From the NCBI GenBank assembly GCA_948470565.1, contig CAOKPF010000002.1, positions 127 through 64,126 of the forward strand: a stretch of DNA of 64,000 nucleotides. The letters are read 5' to 3'. Under the pieces are notes generated by a model. That model was not told where the DNA came from. It saw only the letters and a list, made by a program, of their open reading frames with translations, and searched no databases. Shown in pieces: positions 20,304 to 31,179 of this stretch. Every line of letters begins with the position of its first letter. The stretch's first letter is position 1. Origin of the DNA: an uncultured Clostridium sp. (lineage in GTDB: Bacteria; Bacillota; Clostridia; TANB77; CAG-465). The position numbers and the translations under genes are program-made.

Positions 20304-20714
20304 CTATTTTTCGTTATTTTGATCTCTTAACTGTAATAGCACTTCTTTAAATTTATCTGGCAATGGTAATCCCATCTGAATTGCATTTTCAGACAAGCTA
20401 ATTGCCTCATTTATTGCAAAGAACATTATTACAATTTCTCTAATAGCAGGTATTCCAAAAGAATGTTCTAACAATACAGATACTCCTACTATTATTACTG
20501 TCAATACTTTTTTGATTATTCCTTTAAAGCCAATTTTTGAACTTAGTTTTTTATTATATATTGCCTTTAATATTCCTGTAATATAATCTAATACCATTAA
20601 TATTAATAATGCATATAAAAGCTTGTCTAGTCCTCCCAAAAAGGATACTAGCAAGCCACCTATTGCACCAAATGTAACACTTATCCAATTAAATATCTTT
20701 TCCACATTTTCCAC
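20304..20714 (-). CDS. phage holin (TcdE/Hol44-like family)
   Basis: 3-4 TM segments; LDKLLYALLILMVLDYITGILKA motif; lies upstream of the endolysin. Confidence 0.8.
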   Translation of the reverse strand: MENVEKIFNWISVTFGAIGGLLVSFLGGLDKLLYALLILMVLDYITGILKAIYNKKLSSKIGFKGIIKKVLTVIIVGVSVLLEHSFGIPAIREIVIMFFAINEAISLSENAIQMGLPLPDKFKEVLLQLRDQNNEK

Positions 20715-20720
20715 CTCCTA

Positions 20721-21935
20721 CTAACGCCTTATTGTTATATCAGCAACTTCTGGCTCTCCATTTGTTATATTACCATCTATATCTGTTACTTTTACTTTTA
20801 AATGTACAGGGTATGTAGTTTCTGGATAATCTGCAATTTTTATAGTACGGCTAATTGTACCTGTTATCTTATTATCTTTAATTTTCCAACTAGAATTACT
20901 TAATTCTTGCCAACTTTCTGCTTCATCGCCAAATGTAAAAGAATACTCTATTTTTGATATACTATCTGCATTGTCTGTATATATATTACATTCTATTGTA
21001 TTACTTATAACTTCCATAGTTGCAAAATCTCTTTTTTGATTAACAGTACAATAAGATGAAGCTGTTATATTAAATACAATTGGTTCTTTTTCTTCTAACA
21101 AGCCATCTATATATGCTTTTAGAGTTGCCATAAATTGTTCCTTTTCTTTTTCTGTAAAATAATCTATTCCAGCCTGTGGCGTATATCCATCTGCACCAGG
21201 TTCTCCTGGTATACCTTGTGGACCTTGCTCTCCTCTTAATGCTTCTAATTGTTCAGTTGTAAAGTCATCATATGTAAATGGATCACCCTTTTCGCCATCT
21301 TTACCATCTTGTCCTGGAACACCCGGTATGCCTTGTGGTCCTCGCAACGCTTCTAACTGATCTTGTGTAAAATCTTCATATTTGAAAGGAGCTCCTTTGC
21401 TACCATCTTTTCCGTTAGTTCCTCTTAAACTGTTTATAAAATCCTCCTCTGTGCCTGTATTACCTTTTTCTAGCCATATGTCATAGGCTGATTTGCCATC
21501 TGCTCCTGGAGTTCCACCTGTTTCTTCTAAATCTGTTACTCTTTTTTCTAAATCGCCTAGTTTTACAATAACCTTGTCTAATATTTGAATTTCATCTTCA
21601 GACAGTTCGCTATTAGCATTAAAACTATCTCTAAATTCTAGTTGTAAAGTGCTTGTTTTTATTATTTCTATTTCATTATTAGCAAGCTCTTTTGCAAATT
21701 CTAAATAAAATTTTACACTTTTATATTTTGTTAGATTATTTTTTATCACATAAGTGTTACCATCTAAAATGTCAAAAAAACAACCGTCACCGGTTTTAAA
21801 ACATATTTTTTTAGCATATCCTTGCAATTCCTCTGGTATATCAAATTTAATCCTTTCTGCTCTATTTTCTCCAGCATATCCTATAAATTCGTCTATCTCC
21901 ATTAGCTCTCTATCTCTAACTATTATGCATTTCAT
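20721..21935 (-). CDS. tail fibre with collagen-like Gly-X-Y repeats
   Basis: GPQGIPGVPGQDGKDGEKGDP and GEQGPQGIPGEPGADG, within a duplicated block of about 40 aa. Confidence 0.7.
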   Translation of the reverse strand: MKCIIVRDRELMEIDEFIGYAGENRAERIKFDIPEELQGYAKKICFKTGDGCFFDILDGNTYVIKNNLTKYKSVKFYLEFAKELANNEIEIIKTSTLQLEFRDSFNANSELSEDEIQILDKVIVKLGDLEKRVTDLEETGGTPGADGKSAYDIWLEKGNTGTEEDFINSLRGTNGKDGSKGAPFKYEDFTQDQLEALRGPQGIPGVPGQDGKDGEKGDPFTYDDFTTEQLEALRGEQGPQGIPGEPGADGYTPQAGIDYFTEKEKEQFMATLKAYIDGLLEEKEPIVFNITASSYCTVNQKRDFATMEVISNTIECNIYTDNADSISKIEYSFTFGDEAESWQELSNSSWKIKDNKITGTISRTIKIADYPETTYPVHLKVKVTDIDGNITNGEPEVADITIRR

Positions 21936-21938
21936 ACA

Positions 21939-22223
21939 CTACACCTCCACGCCATCTTTGTATTTCTCTAGCGTTGTCAAATATTCGTACACATTTTTTA
22001 TATCCATGCTTTCATCATAAGGAACTACTTTTGTATATGTGTACGTATAAATATCTTTATCCTCATTTGGAGCTTTTGTTTTCTCCTCTTGCCTTGCCTC
22101 CTCCGAGATATAAGATGTTACTTCTATAACGTTTTGTATATTTGTAACTTTTTCAATTCGAGTTACCCTATGGTAATTTACCACTATTCCATTTTCTAGT
22201 TTTATAGCTTTTTTTATAGCCAT
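21939..22223 (-). CDS. hypothetical tail-module protein
   Basis: 94-aa ORF. Confidence 0.4.
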   Translation of the reverse strand: MAIKKAIKLENGIVVNYHRVTRIEKVTNIQNVIEVTSYISEEARQEEKTKAPNEDKDIYTYTYTKVVPYDESMDIKNVYEYLTTLEKYKDGVEV

Positions 22224-22235
22224 TGTTTATCCCTC

Positions 22236-23606
22236 CTATCTTCTACCAACAACTTCTGATATATATATACCATTTTGAGTCCCAAAAGCAGAAATTGTAT
22301 TATTACTATATATATTAGCAAAAATTTCTACATTAACAGTTATAGTTTTACCATTTATTGTAATAAGCTTTGAATTTATTTGCATTAAATTTGCATCACC
22401 ATATTTTCCTGTTAATGCTACTGTTTTTCCATTTGGATTCCTTATTACTCGAGTAATGTAATAAACACCTTGCCTATGATATGTAATAAGTAATTCTTTA
22501 AAATTAGCCGCACTTTCTGATAACGTTACAGTACCTGTTGTACCACTAGCATTACTGTATAATACTGTTTCACTAAGAATTTCTTCTTTATTTTTGGTTA
22601 AAGTTCCATTTATATTTACATCACTTTCTCCCATATCCATTACAGGTATACCTTTAGTAATAGTTAATGGTATTGTATATATATTTATCTTATCTGTTAA
22701 TACAAATTCAAAATTATACGCTTTTTGATAATTTAAATCAGTTAGTAAAGCATTATTAGAATAGCTAAAACTATTATTATTTTTTACTAGTGTAAGACTA
22801 GCATATTCACTCCATGTATTAGTACCTGCTTCTTTATATCTATATTTTAGTGTTATTGTATTATTTATTGCTCCAAAATTACCATTAAAATATGTTCCTT
22901 TAACTGAAAATTTAACATTACTGCTTGTCTGAGAAATTCTTTTAAATATTATTTCTGTAGTTTTTATATTCTCATATTCTGCCATCTCTAGTGATTCACT
23001 TACAGATGTACTAAAACCTCTACTATCTGTTGACGTAGCAGAGAACTTATTTGAAACTGTTTCATAAAAAATAGCTCCTAACCTATTTCTAGCAAATTCT
23101 TCGCCGTTATATGTATTATAACTAACCAAACTTGAATAATTTTTAGCTGTAGCTGTAACTGTTACATTAACATCTGAAACGCCTTTTATTATTTTCTTAT
23201 TACTGCCTGTTAAATCTGTTGTTTTATACCCAGTTGGCAATGTTTTTCCTGTATCTTTTGCATCAATTGTCATAACTGGTTTATTTCTTTCTTCATTGCA
23301 ATATACAGTTAAATCACATGTATCAGTCCTGTATAAGGCATCATTTCTATATCTATGACATTCTAAATAGCCTATACCCATTTTTGCATTTGGTATTTGT
23401 GCATAAAACTTTGCTGGTATTTGCCACTGTAGCTCTCTATTAGATGTTCTAGTTTCTATTGCTTCTATTAAACTTCCAAAATGATATACTATTGTAAATG
23501 TTTCATCAGAATATCCACCACCAATACGAATATTAGTAATTTCCTCTATTGTGCCTACTTGACATACAAAAGAATATGCTCCTGAATGCACCAAATTATC
23601 TGCCAT
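22236..23606 (-). CDS. tail structural / putative receptor-binding protein
   Basis: Assigned by position after the Tal-like gene; beta-rich composition. Confidence 0.5.
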   Translation of the reverse strand: MADNLVHSGAYSFVCQVGTIEEITNIRIGGGYSDETFTIVYHFGSLIEAIETRTSNRELQWQIPAKFYAQIPNAKMGIGYLECHRYRNDALYRTDTCDLTVYCNEERNKPVMTIDAKDTGKTLPTGYKTTDLTGSNKKIIKGVSDVNVTVTATAKNYSSLVSYNTYNGEEFARNRLGAIFYETVSNKFSATSTDSRGFSTSVSESLEMAEYENIKTTEIIFKRISQTSSNVKFSVKGTYFNGNFGAINNTITLKYRYKEAGTNTWSEYASLTLVKNNNSFSYSNNALLTDLNYQKAYNFEFVLTDKINIYTIPLTITKGIPVMDMGESDVNINGTLTKNKEEILSETVLYSNASGTTGTVTLSESAANFKELLITYHRQGVYYITRVIRNPNGKTVALTGKYGDANLMQINSKLITINGKTITVNVEIFANIYSNNTISAFGTQNGIYISEVVGRR

Positions 23607-25273
23607 TAGAAATCACCTCCTTGATAGAATATTCCTGTCCTTTTTTCTCCGTTTTCTTCATATCCCTCAAATCTATGATATCCAGTAGTTAAGTATGTTC
23701 TTACATATAGATTCTCTGTTATTACACCATCTTTATCTGCGGTAAGAATATTATTCTTTGTATCTGTTTTATCAATCTGACCTTTATTGACATACATTCC
23801 TTCGTTATCAATTAAGGTGTGCATTTCACTATCAGATTTTGATACATTAATACCATTTATATTTATATCAACACTTGTGTTTTTCAAACCGTTTGTCACT
23901 ATACCATTTTCCAATGTTCTATTTATTTCATCTACACTAAATTGAAAGTCCTTTGAAGTTTCTGTAAGTTTAGTTTCAAAATCAGTTTTTACAGCTGATA
24001 TACTAGCATCTAAATTGTTTATACTCTCACTCACACCTGATAATGCTTCGTTTACTCTATCTATATCCTCTACTTTACTGTTTATTAATGTTTCACTTTC
24101 CGATACCTTAGTTGTTAGATTATTTACATTTATCTCCATAGAAGCTACTTTTTTGCTATTCTCTGATGTTTCTTGAATTAAATCTGATATTTTACCTTCA
24201 TTTTTTTTTGCCATTCTCTCAACTTTTAAAAACTTTTTTTCTTCATCTGTTGTTACTTTATATTCAGTTTCTGTTTCATTTAATATTTCAGCTTCTATTG
24301 TGCTTTTTATCCCTGTATTTATTAATATATTAGCACTCAAATAATAACTAGTATAAATATCTGATTCATTATCCTTTAAGGCTATACATGTAGCAGGTTC
24401 TATCCAAATAATTCCTAAATCAGCTCCTTCAAAAGCATAATATGTAAATCCTTTTATTTTTTGAAACATATTATTTATAACATTTTCTCGCTGATATTCT
24501 ACAAACTCATTCTCATCAAATCGTATTTCGCATCTACCATTTTGTGATATACTTGTATCATCTCTAGCTTCAACATTATCTTCAACATCACCACGACCTA
24601 ATACTAATGAATTAACTGGACCAAATTTATCTGTTATTACTAATTTCGTTAAGTAAGATCTATCTAAAGTTTCAACTGGAATGTCTGATATAGGAGCTAA
24701 ATATAGTTTATTTTCTTTAATATAAATTGTACTCAAGGTTGTTTTTGCTATTTTTTCTAAAACATCTCTATACGTTATTTGTTGTGCTGTAAAATAGTCT
24801 TCATCAACATTTAGATCATTATGAAAAAAATCTGTAGAATATAATTCAACTCTACAGATATCACACATTTTTTGCAATAATATTAATAATGTACATGGGT
24901 AAGTTAATTTTAAATCAGATTGTTTAAAGGTATTCATAAAATTAACCATTTTATCATATGCCGTTATTTCTAATGTTTCTGAGCCTTTATTTTGCTCTGG
25001 TTCATCTTTTATATAATAATCACCTAAGTCGATATATTCATATTCAGTATTTATATATAATCCATATTTAAAATTAAGATTTTGACCCTTTTTCACACTT
25101 TTATCTTTTGTTTTTACAATAATTTCTTTCATTATAGTACTAAAAAGTTTGCCATTAAATCTGTATGTAATTTCACTTTTACTTATATTTTGTAAACTCT
25201 CTTTTATCATAATTTTACTGTCTTGTTGCTTAATCATTTTTGATATTTTTTTAAATTCATTACTTACAGTCAT
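23606..25273 (-). CDS. tail-associated (Tal / endopeptidase-tail-like) structural protein
   Basis: Second gene after the tape measure; coiled-coil middle region. Confidence 0.5.
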   Translation of the reverse strand: MTVSNEFKKISKMIKQQDSKIMIKESLQNISKSEITYRFNGKLFSTIMKEIIVKTKDKSVKKGQNLNFKYGLYINTEYEYIDLGDYYIKDEPEQNKGSETLEITAYDKMVNFMNTFKQSDLKLTYPCTLLILLQKMCDICRVELYSTDFFHNDLNVDEDYFTAQQITYRDVLEKIAKTTLSTIYIKENKLYLAPISDIPVETLDRSYLTKLVITDKFGPVNSLVLGRGDVEDNVEARDDTSISQNGRCEIRFDENEFVEYQRENVINNMFQKIKGFTYYAFEGADLGIIWIEPATCIALKDNESDIYTSYYLSANILINTGIKSTIEAEILNETETEYKVTTDEEKKFLKVERMAKKNEGKISDLIQETSENSKKVASMEINVNNLTTKVSESETLINSKVEDIDRVNEALSGVSESINNLDASISAVKTDFETKLTETSKDFQFSVDEINRTLENGIVTNGLKNTSVDININGINVSKSDSEMHTLIDNEGMYVNKGQIDKTDTKNNILTADKDGVITENLYVRTYLTTGYHRFEGYEENGEKRTGIFYQGGDF

Positions 25274-25671
25274 ATCAATTGTGGCCTCCTATCAATAGCG
25301 GTTAAGACTACACTAAATTCATCCCAGTATCCTCCACAAGCAAGTGGGCTTGATTTAATAGCTTGCCCATTATAAAAATCTTCTATAAATAAATCTCCTT
25401 GTTTATAATTTCCCATGTCTTTTTCTAAAGTAAATTGAACACCTTCTAAAAACGGATGCTCAAGTAATGCTTTTATCAAATTAAATTGTTCATCTGTTAC
25501 TTTACCAAATTTAGCCTCTATAGTAGTAAAATAACCTATAAAAGTACCACTATAATGTCCATCTAACGCTTTTCTACCTGTCCCATCTCCCCATAGAGGT
25601 TCTGGACCAGGAATTAAATCAATAAGTCCTGGTAATTCTATGTTATTCACTATCAATTTTGGTTCATACAT
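25270..25671 (-). CDS. small tail protein in the distal-tail position
   Basis: Immediately downstream of the tape measure gene; overlapping stop/start. Confidence 0.4.
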   Translation of the reverse strand: MYEPKLIVNNIELPGLIDLIPGPEPLWGDGTGRKALDGHYSGTFIGYFTTIEAKFGKVTDEQFNLIKALLEHPFLEGVQFTLEKDMGNYKQGDLFIEDFYNGQAIKSSPLACGGYWDEFSVVLTAIDRRPQLI

Positions 25672-25673
25672 AA

Positions 25674-28600
25674 TTAACCTCCATTCGTTGCAAATTTATT
25701 TTTATTTTTTATTTTTTCTAGTCTCTTATTTAACTCGTAACTATCTATGTATAAATTAAAGTCAAAACTTAAATTGATCAGTATCTGTATTATATTTTCT
25801 AGCAATTCTATTACTTTTTGATTATTTCCTAATCCCATTTCCTGATTTGCTTTTTTGTATAAATCCATCAATTTATCTTCTGGAGCTACAACTTCGCCTT
25901 GATGCCTATTATCACCTATCATTGCTAATTGTGGTGTATTAGCCTTAACGTATCCACCTTCTGCAAGTCTTGGAATACTTAAAGTTTTTAGTTTTGAAAT
26001 ATTTACTCCTGGAATTGCATTTATCACATCAATAGCACCATTAATCATATTTACAAATTTATTAACAGTATTCTCTATCATACCTAATACACCATTTATT
26101 CCAGACTTAACAGCACCACTTATAGCATCACCGATTTTTGTTCCCAAATCGCTAAATGTACTTTGAATATTATTCCAAATTCCACTAAAAAAGCTACCTA
26201 TGTTATTAAAAATAGATGTTACCATATTGTAAGCTGTTTGGAATGCATTAACAATCCCATTTTTTATATTAGTAACCGCATTGGTTATATTAGTTGTAAT
26301 ATTACTCCAAATACTAGATGCTGTATTCATTATTGAATTAAATACATCTGAAATTGTTACTTTTATTGAATTAAATATATTGGAAACTGTTGTTTTTATT
26401 CCATTCCATATATTTTCCCATGTTGTTTTTATTGCCATTAATGTAACTTGAATTTTTGACATAACCATGATTATTGCTGTTTCTATTATTCCTTTAATTG
26501 TATTCCATGTTATATCAACAATACCTTTCATAGTATCCCATATTCCAGAAAAGAATGTTTTTATACCTTCCCAAGTTTTATTCCAATCTCCTGTAAATAC
26601 TCCTACTATGAAATCAATTACACCTTTAAACGAATCTATTGTTCCACTTAATGTATCAGCAATAGAGCCAAAAACATTGCATATAGTATTCCATATGCTA
26701 TTAAATATTGGCACTAAAACTGGAATAATATTTTCTACAATCCAATCAATTAAAGGTTTTAACCAATTCTCCCATAAGACTTGTATTGCACTTACTATAG
26801 AGCCAATAAGTTCATTTGTTTTATCTACTAATGGTTTTAAATGTTCATTCCATAAAGTCTCAATTCCACTTGCCATATTATTAAAAAAAGGTGCTATATA
26901 TTGATTATAAACATCTAAAAATTTACCAAATGTATCACTTATTCCTGTTTTCAAACTTTCCATTAATGGACTTATATATGTATCATATACCTCATTCCAC
27001 TTATCTCCTATATAAGTCATTGCCTCTGCTAATAGTGCTGTAATTTTTTCAACAGTTATAAATGTACTTTCAAATGCTACCTTTATTTTTTCAGCATTAT
27101 CTATAATTGGTTGAATAGATATCCCACTTATATCCTTTATAAATTTTGACAATACCTCTGATACACTCATAAATGGATTTGCAAACATTGCTATTATATT
27201 GGCACCAATTTGTTTTGCAGTATCTCCACTAAATACATCTGATATTTCGCCTAATGCTTGAAATAAATTACCAGCTAATGCTATATTTTCACTTGAAATA
27301 TCAAACATCTTACAAATATGTGTTTTTATTCTATCTGTATTCTTCAACAAATAAGTATCTATACTTCCAACTAAAAATTCAGTTATATTTACACCTATCC
27401 TTGCAATAGCTCCTGTTACCTGTCCAAGTGCATATAAACAAGTTTCAATCCATCTCTGTACCGAATTTAAGACTTCAGGTGAGGTCCAAATATCTATTAT
27501 AATATCTTTAATACTTGATAAATGTTTTACTATACCATCAAAATTTGTATTTCCAAAACTAGCGTCAAAACCTTTTTTAAATATACTTGCTAATTCTTTT
27601 GCTTTTTCAATAAAAGCATCCATTTGACTATTTGCTTGTTGCATTAATGAATTTGTGCTATCTCCTATATCAAGTCCTCCAAATCCACTTCCTGCTCCTC
27701 CGCCACTTCCTGAACCACTGTCATCATCATTACTCTTTAATACTTGGGCTGTGTCAAATGCAGCTAAACTTTTTAGATCCTTTGCAGTCTTTTTAGCACT
27801 ATCTCCAATTCCACCTACTGCATCACTTGCATTAGTAGCATTCGTCACTAAATCTGATACAATATTAGCACTTCCATCACTTCCACCAGCACTGCCAAAT
27901 ATCATTTCTGTAAAAGACTTAAATACATTGGCCAATACTTGTAATTTACCTATTACCCAATTTATTCCTTTTACAATTGGTGTAAATATATTAATAAAGC
28001 CTTGACCAAGAGTAGCTTTCAACTCATTAAATCTTAAACTTAATACTCTTGTTTGGTTTGCCCAACTATCACTTGTTCTTGCAAAATCACCATTAGCTAT
28101 ACTTAATTTATCCAATACAAACTTATATCGTAATGCTACTTTCTCTTGCTCTGACATTTTAGCTGTCGTTTTACCATAACCATTTGCTAAAGCATATTGA
28201 TCAAGTGCATTTTGTGTCATTACAACACCTAAATCTTTTAAAGTTTCTGTTTCACCTGTAAATACTGATTTTAATTTTGTATATGCTTCATCAGTTGACA
28301 AATTATAGAATGAAGCAACATCTCCTGCTAATCCAGTAAGTGTCTCTGACATTGCTAAAGCTTCTTTATTGCTAAAATTAAAAGCTTTTGCCATTGCTCC
28401 AAAAGTACCTACATACTTTTTTGTTACAGTTTGACCTAATCCAAATTGCTCTATCGCATTTTCAGCAAATTTATTGACTTCTGTATTTAAATTTCCAAAT
28501 GTAACATCAACAACATTTTGTACCTCAGCTAAGTCTGAACCTAAATTTATACACTCTTTTCCAAAATTAACGATTGCTTTTACAGAAAAGGCGGCCAAAA

Positions 28601-28736
28601 TAATTTTACCTATACTTTTAAGTGAACTTTGAATACCTGAATTTTTTATTTGTGTACTTGCATTTTTTAATCCTTTATTGAATGGATTTGAATTTAATAA
28701 TAAATCAAAATCTACCGCACCTACATTAGTACTCAT
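25674..28736 (-). CDS. tail tape measure protein
   Basis: 1020 aa, helical and repetitive, Gly-rich stretch, follows the chaperone pair. Confidence 0.85.
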   Translation of the reverse strand: MSTNVGAVDFDLLLNSNPFNKGLKNASTQIKNSGIQSSLKSIGKIILAAFSVKAIVNFGKECINLGSDLAEVQNVVDVTFGNLNTEVNKFAENAIEQFGLGQTVTKKYVGTFGAMAKAFNFSNKEALAMSETLTGLAGDVASFYNLSTDEAYTKLKSVFTGETETLKDLGVVMTQNALDQYALANGYGKTTAKMSEQEKVALRYKFVLDKLSIANGDFARTSDSWANQTRVLSLRFNELKATLGQGFINIFTPIVKGINWVIGKLQVLANVFKSFTEMIFGSAGGSDGSANIVSDLVTNATNASDAVGGIGDSAKKTAKDLKSLAAFDTAQVLKSNDDDSGSGSGGGAGSGFGGLDIGDSTNSLMQQANSQMDAFIEKAKELASIFKKGFDASFGNTNFDGIVKHLSSIKDIIIDIWTSPEVLNSVQRWIETCLYALGQVTGAIARIGVNITEFLVGSIDTYLLKNTDRIKTHICKMFDISSENIALAGNLFQALGEISDVFSGDTAKQIGANIIAMFANPFMSVSEVLSKFIKDISGISIQPIIDNAEKIKVAFESTFITVEKITALLAEAMTYIGDKWNEVYDTYISPLMESLKTGISDTFGKFLDVYNQYIAPFFNNMASGIETLWNEHLKPLVDKTNELIGSIVSAIQVLWENWLKPLIDWIVENIIPVLVPIFNSIWNTICNVFGSIADTLSGTIDSFKGVIDFIVGVFTGDWNKTWEGIKTFFSGIWDTMKGIVDITWNTIKGIIETAIIMVMSKIQVTLMAIKTTWENIWNGIKTTVSNIFNSIKVTISDVFNSIMNTASSIWSNITTNITNAVTNIKNGIVNAFQTAYNMVTSIFNNIGSFFSGIWNNIQSTFSDLGTKIGDAISGAVKSGINGVLGMIENTVNKFVNMINGAIDVINAIPGVNISKLKTLSIPRLAEGGYVKANTPQLAMIGDNRHQGEVVAPEDKLMDLYKKANQEMGLGNNQKVIELLENIIQILINLSFDFNLYIDSYELNKRLEKIKNKNKFATNGG

Positions 28737-28784
28737 ACCTACTCCTCCCTTCTTTTAAGGTAAAAGTAGGTATTGGCTAACTAC

Positions 28785-28931
28785 TCACATAACAGTTGTG
28801 TTGCTCACTCTATCTTTTTCATCTATATCAATTTTTATTATTTTCTTACATCGTGTACATTTTATTTCACCCTTGCATTTATCTACTTTAATTAAAAGCT
28901 GTTTACAACAAGGGCATCTTACTTCTTTCAA
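28785..28931 (-). CDS. 48-aa Com-like zinc-ribbon protein (TTG start)
   Basis: VRCPCCKQLLIKVDKCKGEIKCTRCKKII has CxxC...CxxC spacing like Mu Com. The start overlaps the stop of the preceding frame. Confidence 0.4.
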   Translation of the reverse strand: MKEVRCPCCKQLLIKVDKCKGEIKCTRCKKIIKIDIDEKDRVSNTTVM

Positions 28932-29318
28932 GTATTATCACCTGCCATTTCTTTAAATGCTTTCTGCATTTCAGCAATAACTTGTTTGAAGTCTTCTGCA
29001 TTAATTTTTTTTGCTAATTTGTTTCTATATTTCCACCTAATATTTTTTTGTTCTTGCGAAAAATTTTTTAATATTTCCTTGTCATCTTCACTACGAATTT
29101 GAACAATATTTCCGTAGTGGTGTATCTGGCATTAGACCAGATATTAAATTACACAATTCTGCATAACTCATTGTATCTATTTCTTTTCTAATCCTTATTC
29201 CATACTGTTTAGCTAGACTAGCTTCTATTAATGACCAATCTTCTTCTATGTCATACCATAATTCTGTATCGTTACTTGCTTGGAAATCGTTTCTCCATTT
29301 CCTCATATGAAATTTCAC
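28928..29318 (-). CDS. tail assembly chaperone frameshift extension (T part), itself broken at CGGA 29111-29114
   Basis: WYDIEEDWSLIEASLAKQYGIRI...LISGLMPDTPL continues in the next frame as GNIVQIRSEDDKEILKNF... down to 28928. Confidence 0.5.
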
Positions 29319-29580
29319 TTGCTTGTGCCATAATCGCAGTTATAACTATTTTCAATTCATTTACTGTTACTTTCATTGCTCTAATATCTTTTTCTGCTTT
29401 TTCGCCTATTAGTAATTTTATAACTATAAATAGGCTTTCCAAGCTATCATCTTTTTTAAATATATCTTGTGCCTTTAACATTGTTTCAGCACTACAATCT
29501 ACTTCATATGTTTTTCCCTCTGCTATTGTTATTTCTTGTTTTTCATGTCCTAATTTTGAACTAATATCTAAATTTGCCAT
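29272..29580 (-). CDS. tail assembly chaperone (G part)
   Basis: 102-aa acidic protein between the major tail and tape measure genes, with an overlapping downstream frame. Confidence 0.7.
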   Translation of the reverse strand: MANLDISSKLGHEKQEITIAEGKTYEVDCSAETMLKAQDIFKKDDSLESLFIVIKLLIGEKAEKDIRAMKVTVNELKIVITAIMAQASEISYEEMEKRFPSK

Positions 29581-29624
29581 TTTTAATTCCTCCTAAATAT
29601 AATAAAATAAAGAGTAGGTCTTTC

Positions 29625-30074
29625 CTACTCTACTACTGCTTCTGTATATGTTGGTTTTCCATTTGACATCATATCAAATTCTAATGGAATTACAGCTGTT
29701 GAATCACCAGCTCCCCAATTTGTTACATTTATTACTGCATCTTCAAATAATAATTTTGCACCATCAGGAAAAGTCCATTGCAAACATCCCTCTGCATCTC
29801 TTCCATTCTTTAATGCTTTACCTGCTATATAATCATTTCCAGCATCTCCAAAGTTTCTTTTTCCTGATATAGAAATTGTAACAGATTTAGATGTCATTAA
29901 CCTTCTTACCCATCCTTTTTGATCTAATGGGTTCCATTCTTCTACCCCATTATCTAAACTAACACTAAATGATTCCATATCTGCAATTTCTGTTAAACTT
30001 TCCTTATCTGCTCCTACCTGGAACTGATTTTCATATACTGGATATACTCCTGTTTTAATTGCCATTATTTTCAC
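29625..30074 (-). CDS. major tail protein
   Basis: Assigned by position and size (149 aa), upstream of the chaperone pair. Confidence 0.6.
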   Translation of the reverse strand: MKIMAIKTGVYPVYENQFQVGADKESLTEIADMESFSVSLDNGVEEWNPLDQKGWVRRLMTSKSVTISISGKRNFGDAGNDYIAGKALKNGRDAEGCLQWTFPDGAKLLFEDAVINVTNWGAGDSTAVIPLEFDMMSNGKPTYTEAVVE

Positions 30075-30468
30075 CCTTTCTATATAATAAATTTAATTCT
30101 ATTGAAAACTCATAAATATTGTTTTCATCTGCTCCTAAATCAATAGGACCATTATATAAACATTCAGCTGAACATCTATAATCACCAATTAAAAAAGAAC
30201 TGCAATCTAACAGTTCATATATTTGATTTGCCATTTTTTCAGCTGTATTATAATTTTTTGTCCATCTTAGTAGTAATGTAATTGGTAAAATTCCATATGT
30301 TTTTAATCTTTTATATTTTGAATTGTCATCTATTTGTCTGCGATTAGCATATATAGCAATAGCATTCTCTTTATTTTTATCTATTTTTCCTATATACCAT
30401 TGTTTACATTCAGTAATAATAGATTTTAAATAATCCTTTATTTCTGCTGTACTAACTTGTGAAATCAT
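30055..30468 (-). CDS. tail completion / head-tail joining protein
   Basis: Gene order only. Confidence 0.4.
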   Translation of the reverse strand: MISQVSTAEIKDYLKSIITECKQWYIGKIDKNKENAIAIYANRRQIDDNSKYKRLKTYGILPITLLLRWTKNYNTAEKMANQIYELLDCSSFLIGDYRCSAECLYNGPIDLGADENNIYEFSIELNLLYRKGENNGN

Positions 30469-30830
30469 TCTCCATTTCTCCTTTTCAAAGCTTTTTTAAA
30501 ATAATTCGCTAATAAATTTTTCTTTGAACCATTTATATATGCATCAAACCATCTTCCACCTGCATTTGGATTTTTCTCCTTATTAAAATTATACTCTGGA
30601 TGAAAATACATTTTTCTTGCATATGGTGTATCTGATACAATTTTTACCTTATCTTTTTTTATCTTATTATCATCAACAAATGTACTATCATTTTGCAATG
30701 TACCTTCATAAAATGGCATTGTCTGACTTTGAACTAAATCAGTTTTTGTAGCCTCAGCAGTATCAATTAATGCCAATCTTGCATTATTTATAATTTTACC
30801 TATATTCGCCTTATTATAAGTTATCTTCAT
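30465..30830 (-). CDS. head-tail joining (minor capsid / gp10-like) protein
   Basis: TPYARKMYFHPE motif; gene order. Confidence 0.45.
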   Translation of the reverse strand: MKITYNKANIGKIINNARLALIDTAEATKTDLVQSQTMPFYEGTLQNDSTFVDDNKIKKDKVKIVSDTPYARKMYFHPEYNFNKEKNPNAGGRWFDAYINGSKKNLLANYFKKALKRRNGE

Positions 30831-30831
30831 A

Positions 30832-31179
30832 TTACATCAACTCCAAAACAGTCATAAAAACTGTTCCATCTGGATTTCTAGGTCTACTTGCTTGATAAAT
30901 TTCATATTCTATTTCGTTAATTTTTACTTTACCACCACTTATCTTTTTTATCTTTAATGCTATATCTCCTAGTAATATTACTTTTCCAATCAATTCAACC
31001 TTTTTCCCATCTGAACTAATTACAACTTTCGTTTTTTCAACAAATCTACATTTCTGTTTTTTCAAATTCAAAGAAGTTAAAGGCTCACCTTCTTCAGACA
31101 AGCCTTCTTGATATAAAATAACATCACATTCATTATTTAACAATCTTTGCAAATGCTTTGTTGGCAACTGCTTTATCAT
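30832..31179 (-). CDS. head closure / adaptor protein
   Basis: Gene order only. Confidence 0.4.
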   Translation of the reverse strand: MIKQLPTKHLQRLLNNECDVILYQEGLSEEGEPLTSLNLKKQKCRFVEKTKVVISSDGKKVELIGKVILLGDIALKIKKISGGKVKINEIEYEIYQASRPRNPDGTVFMTVLELM

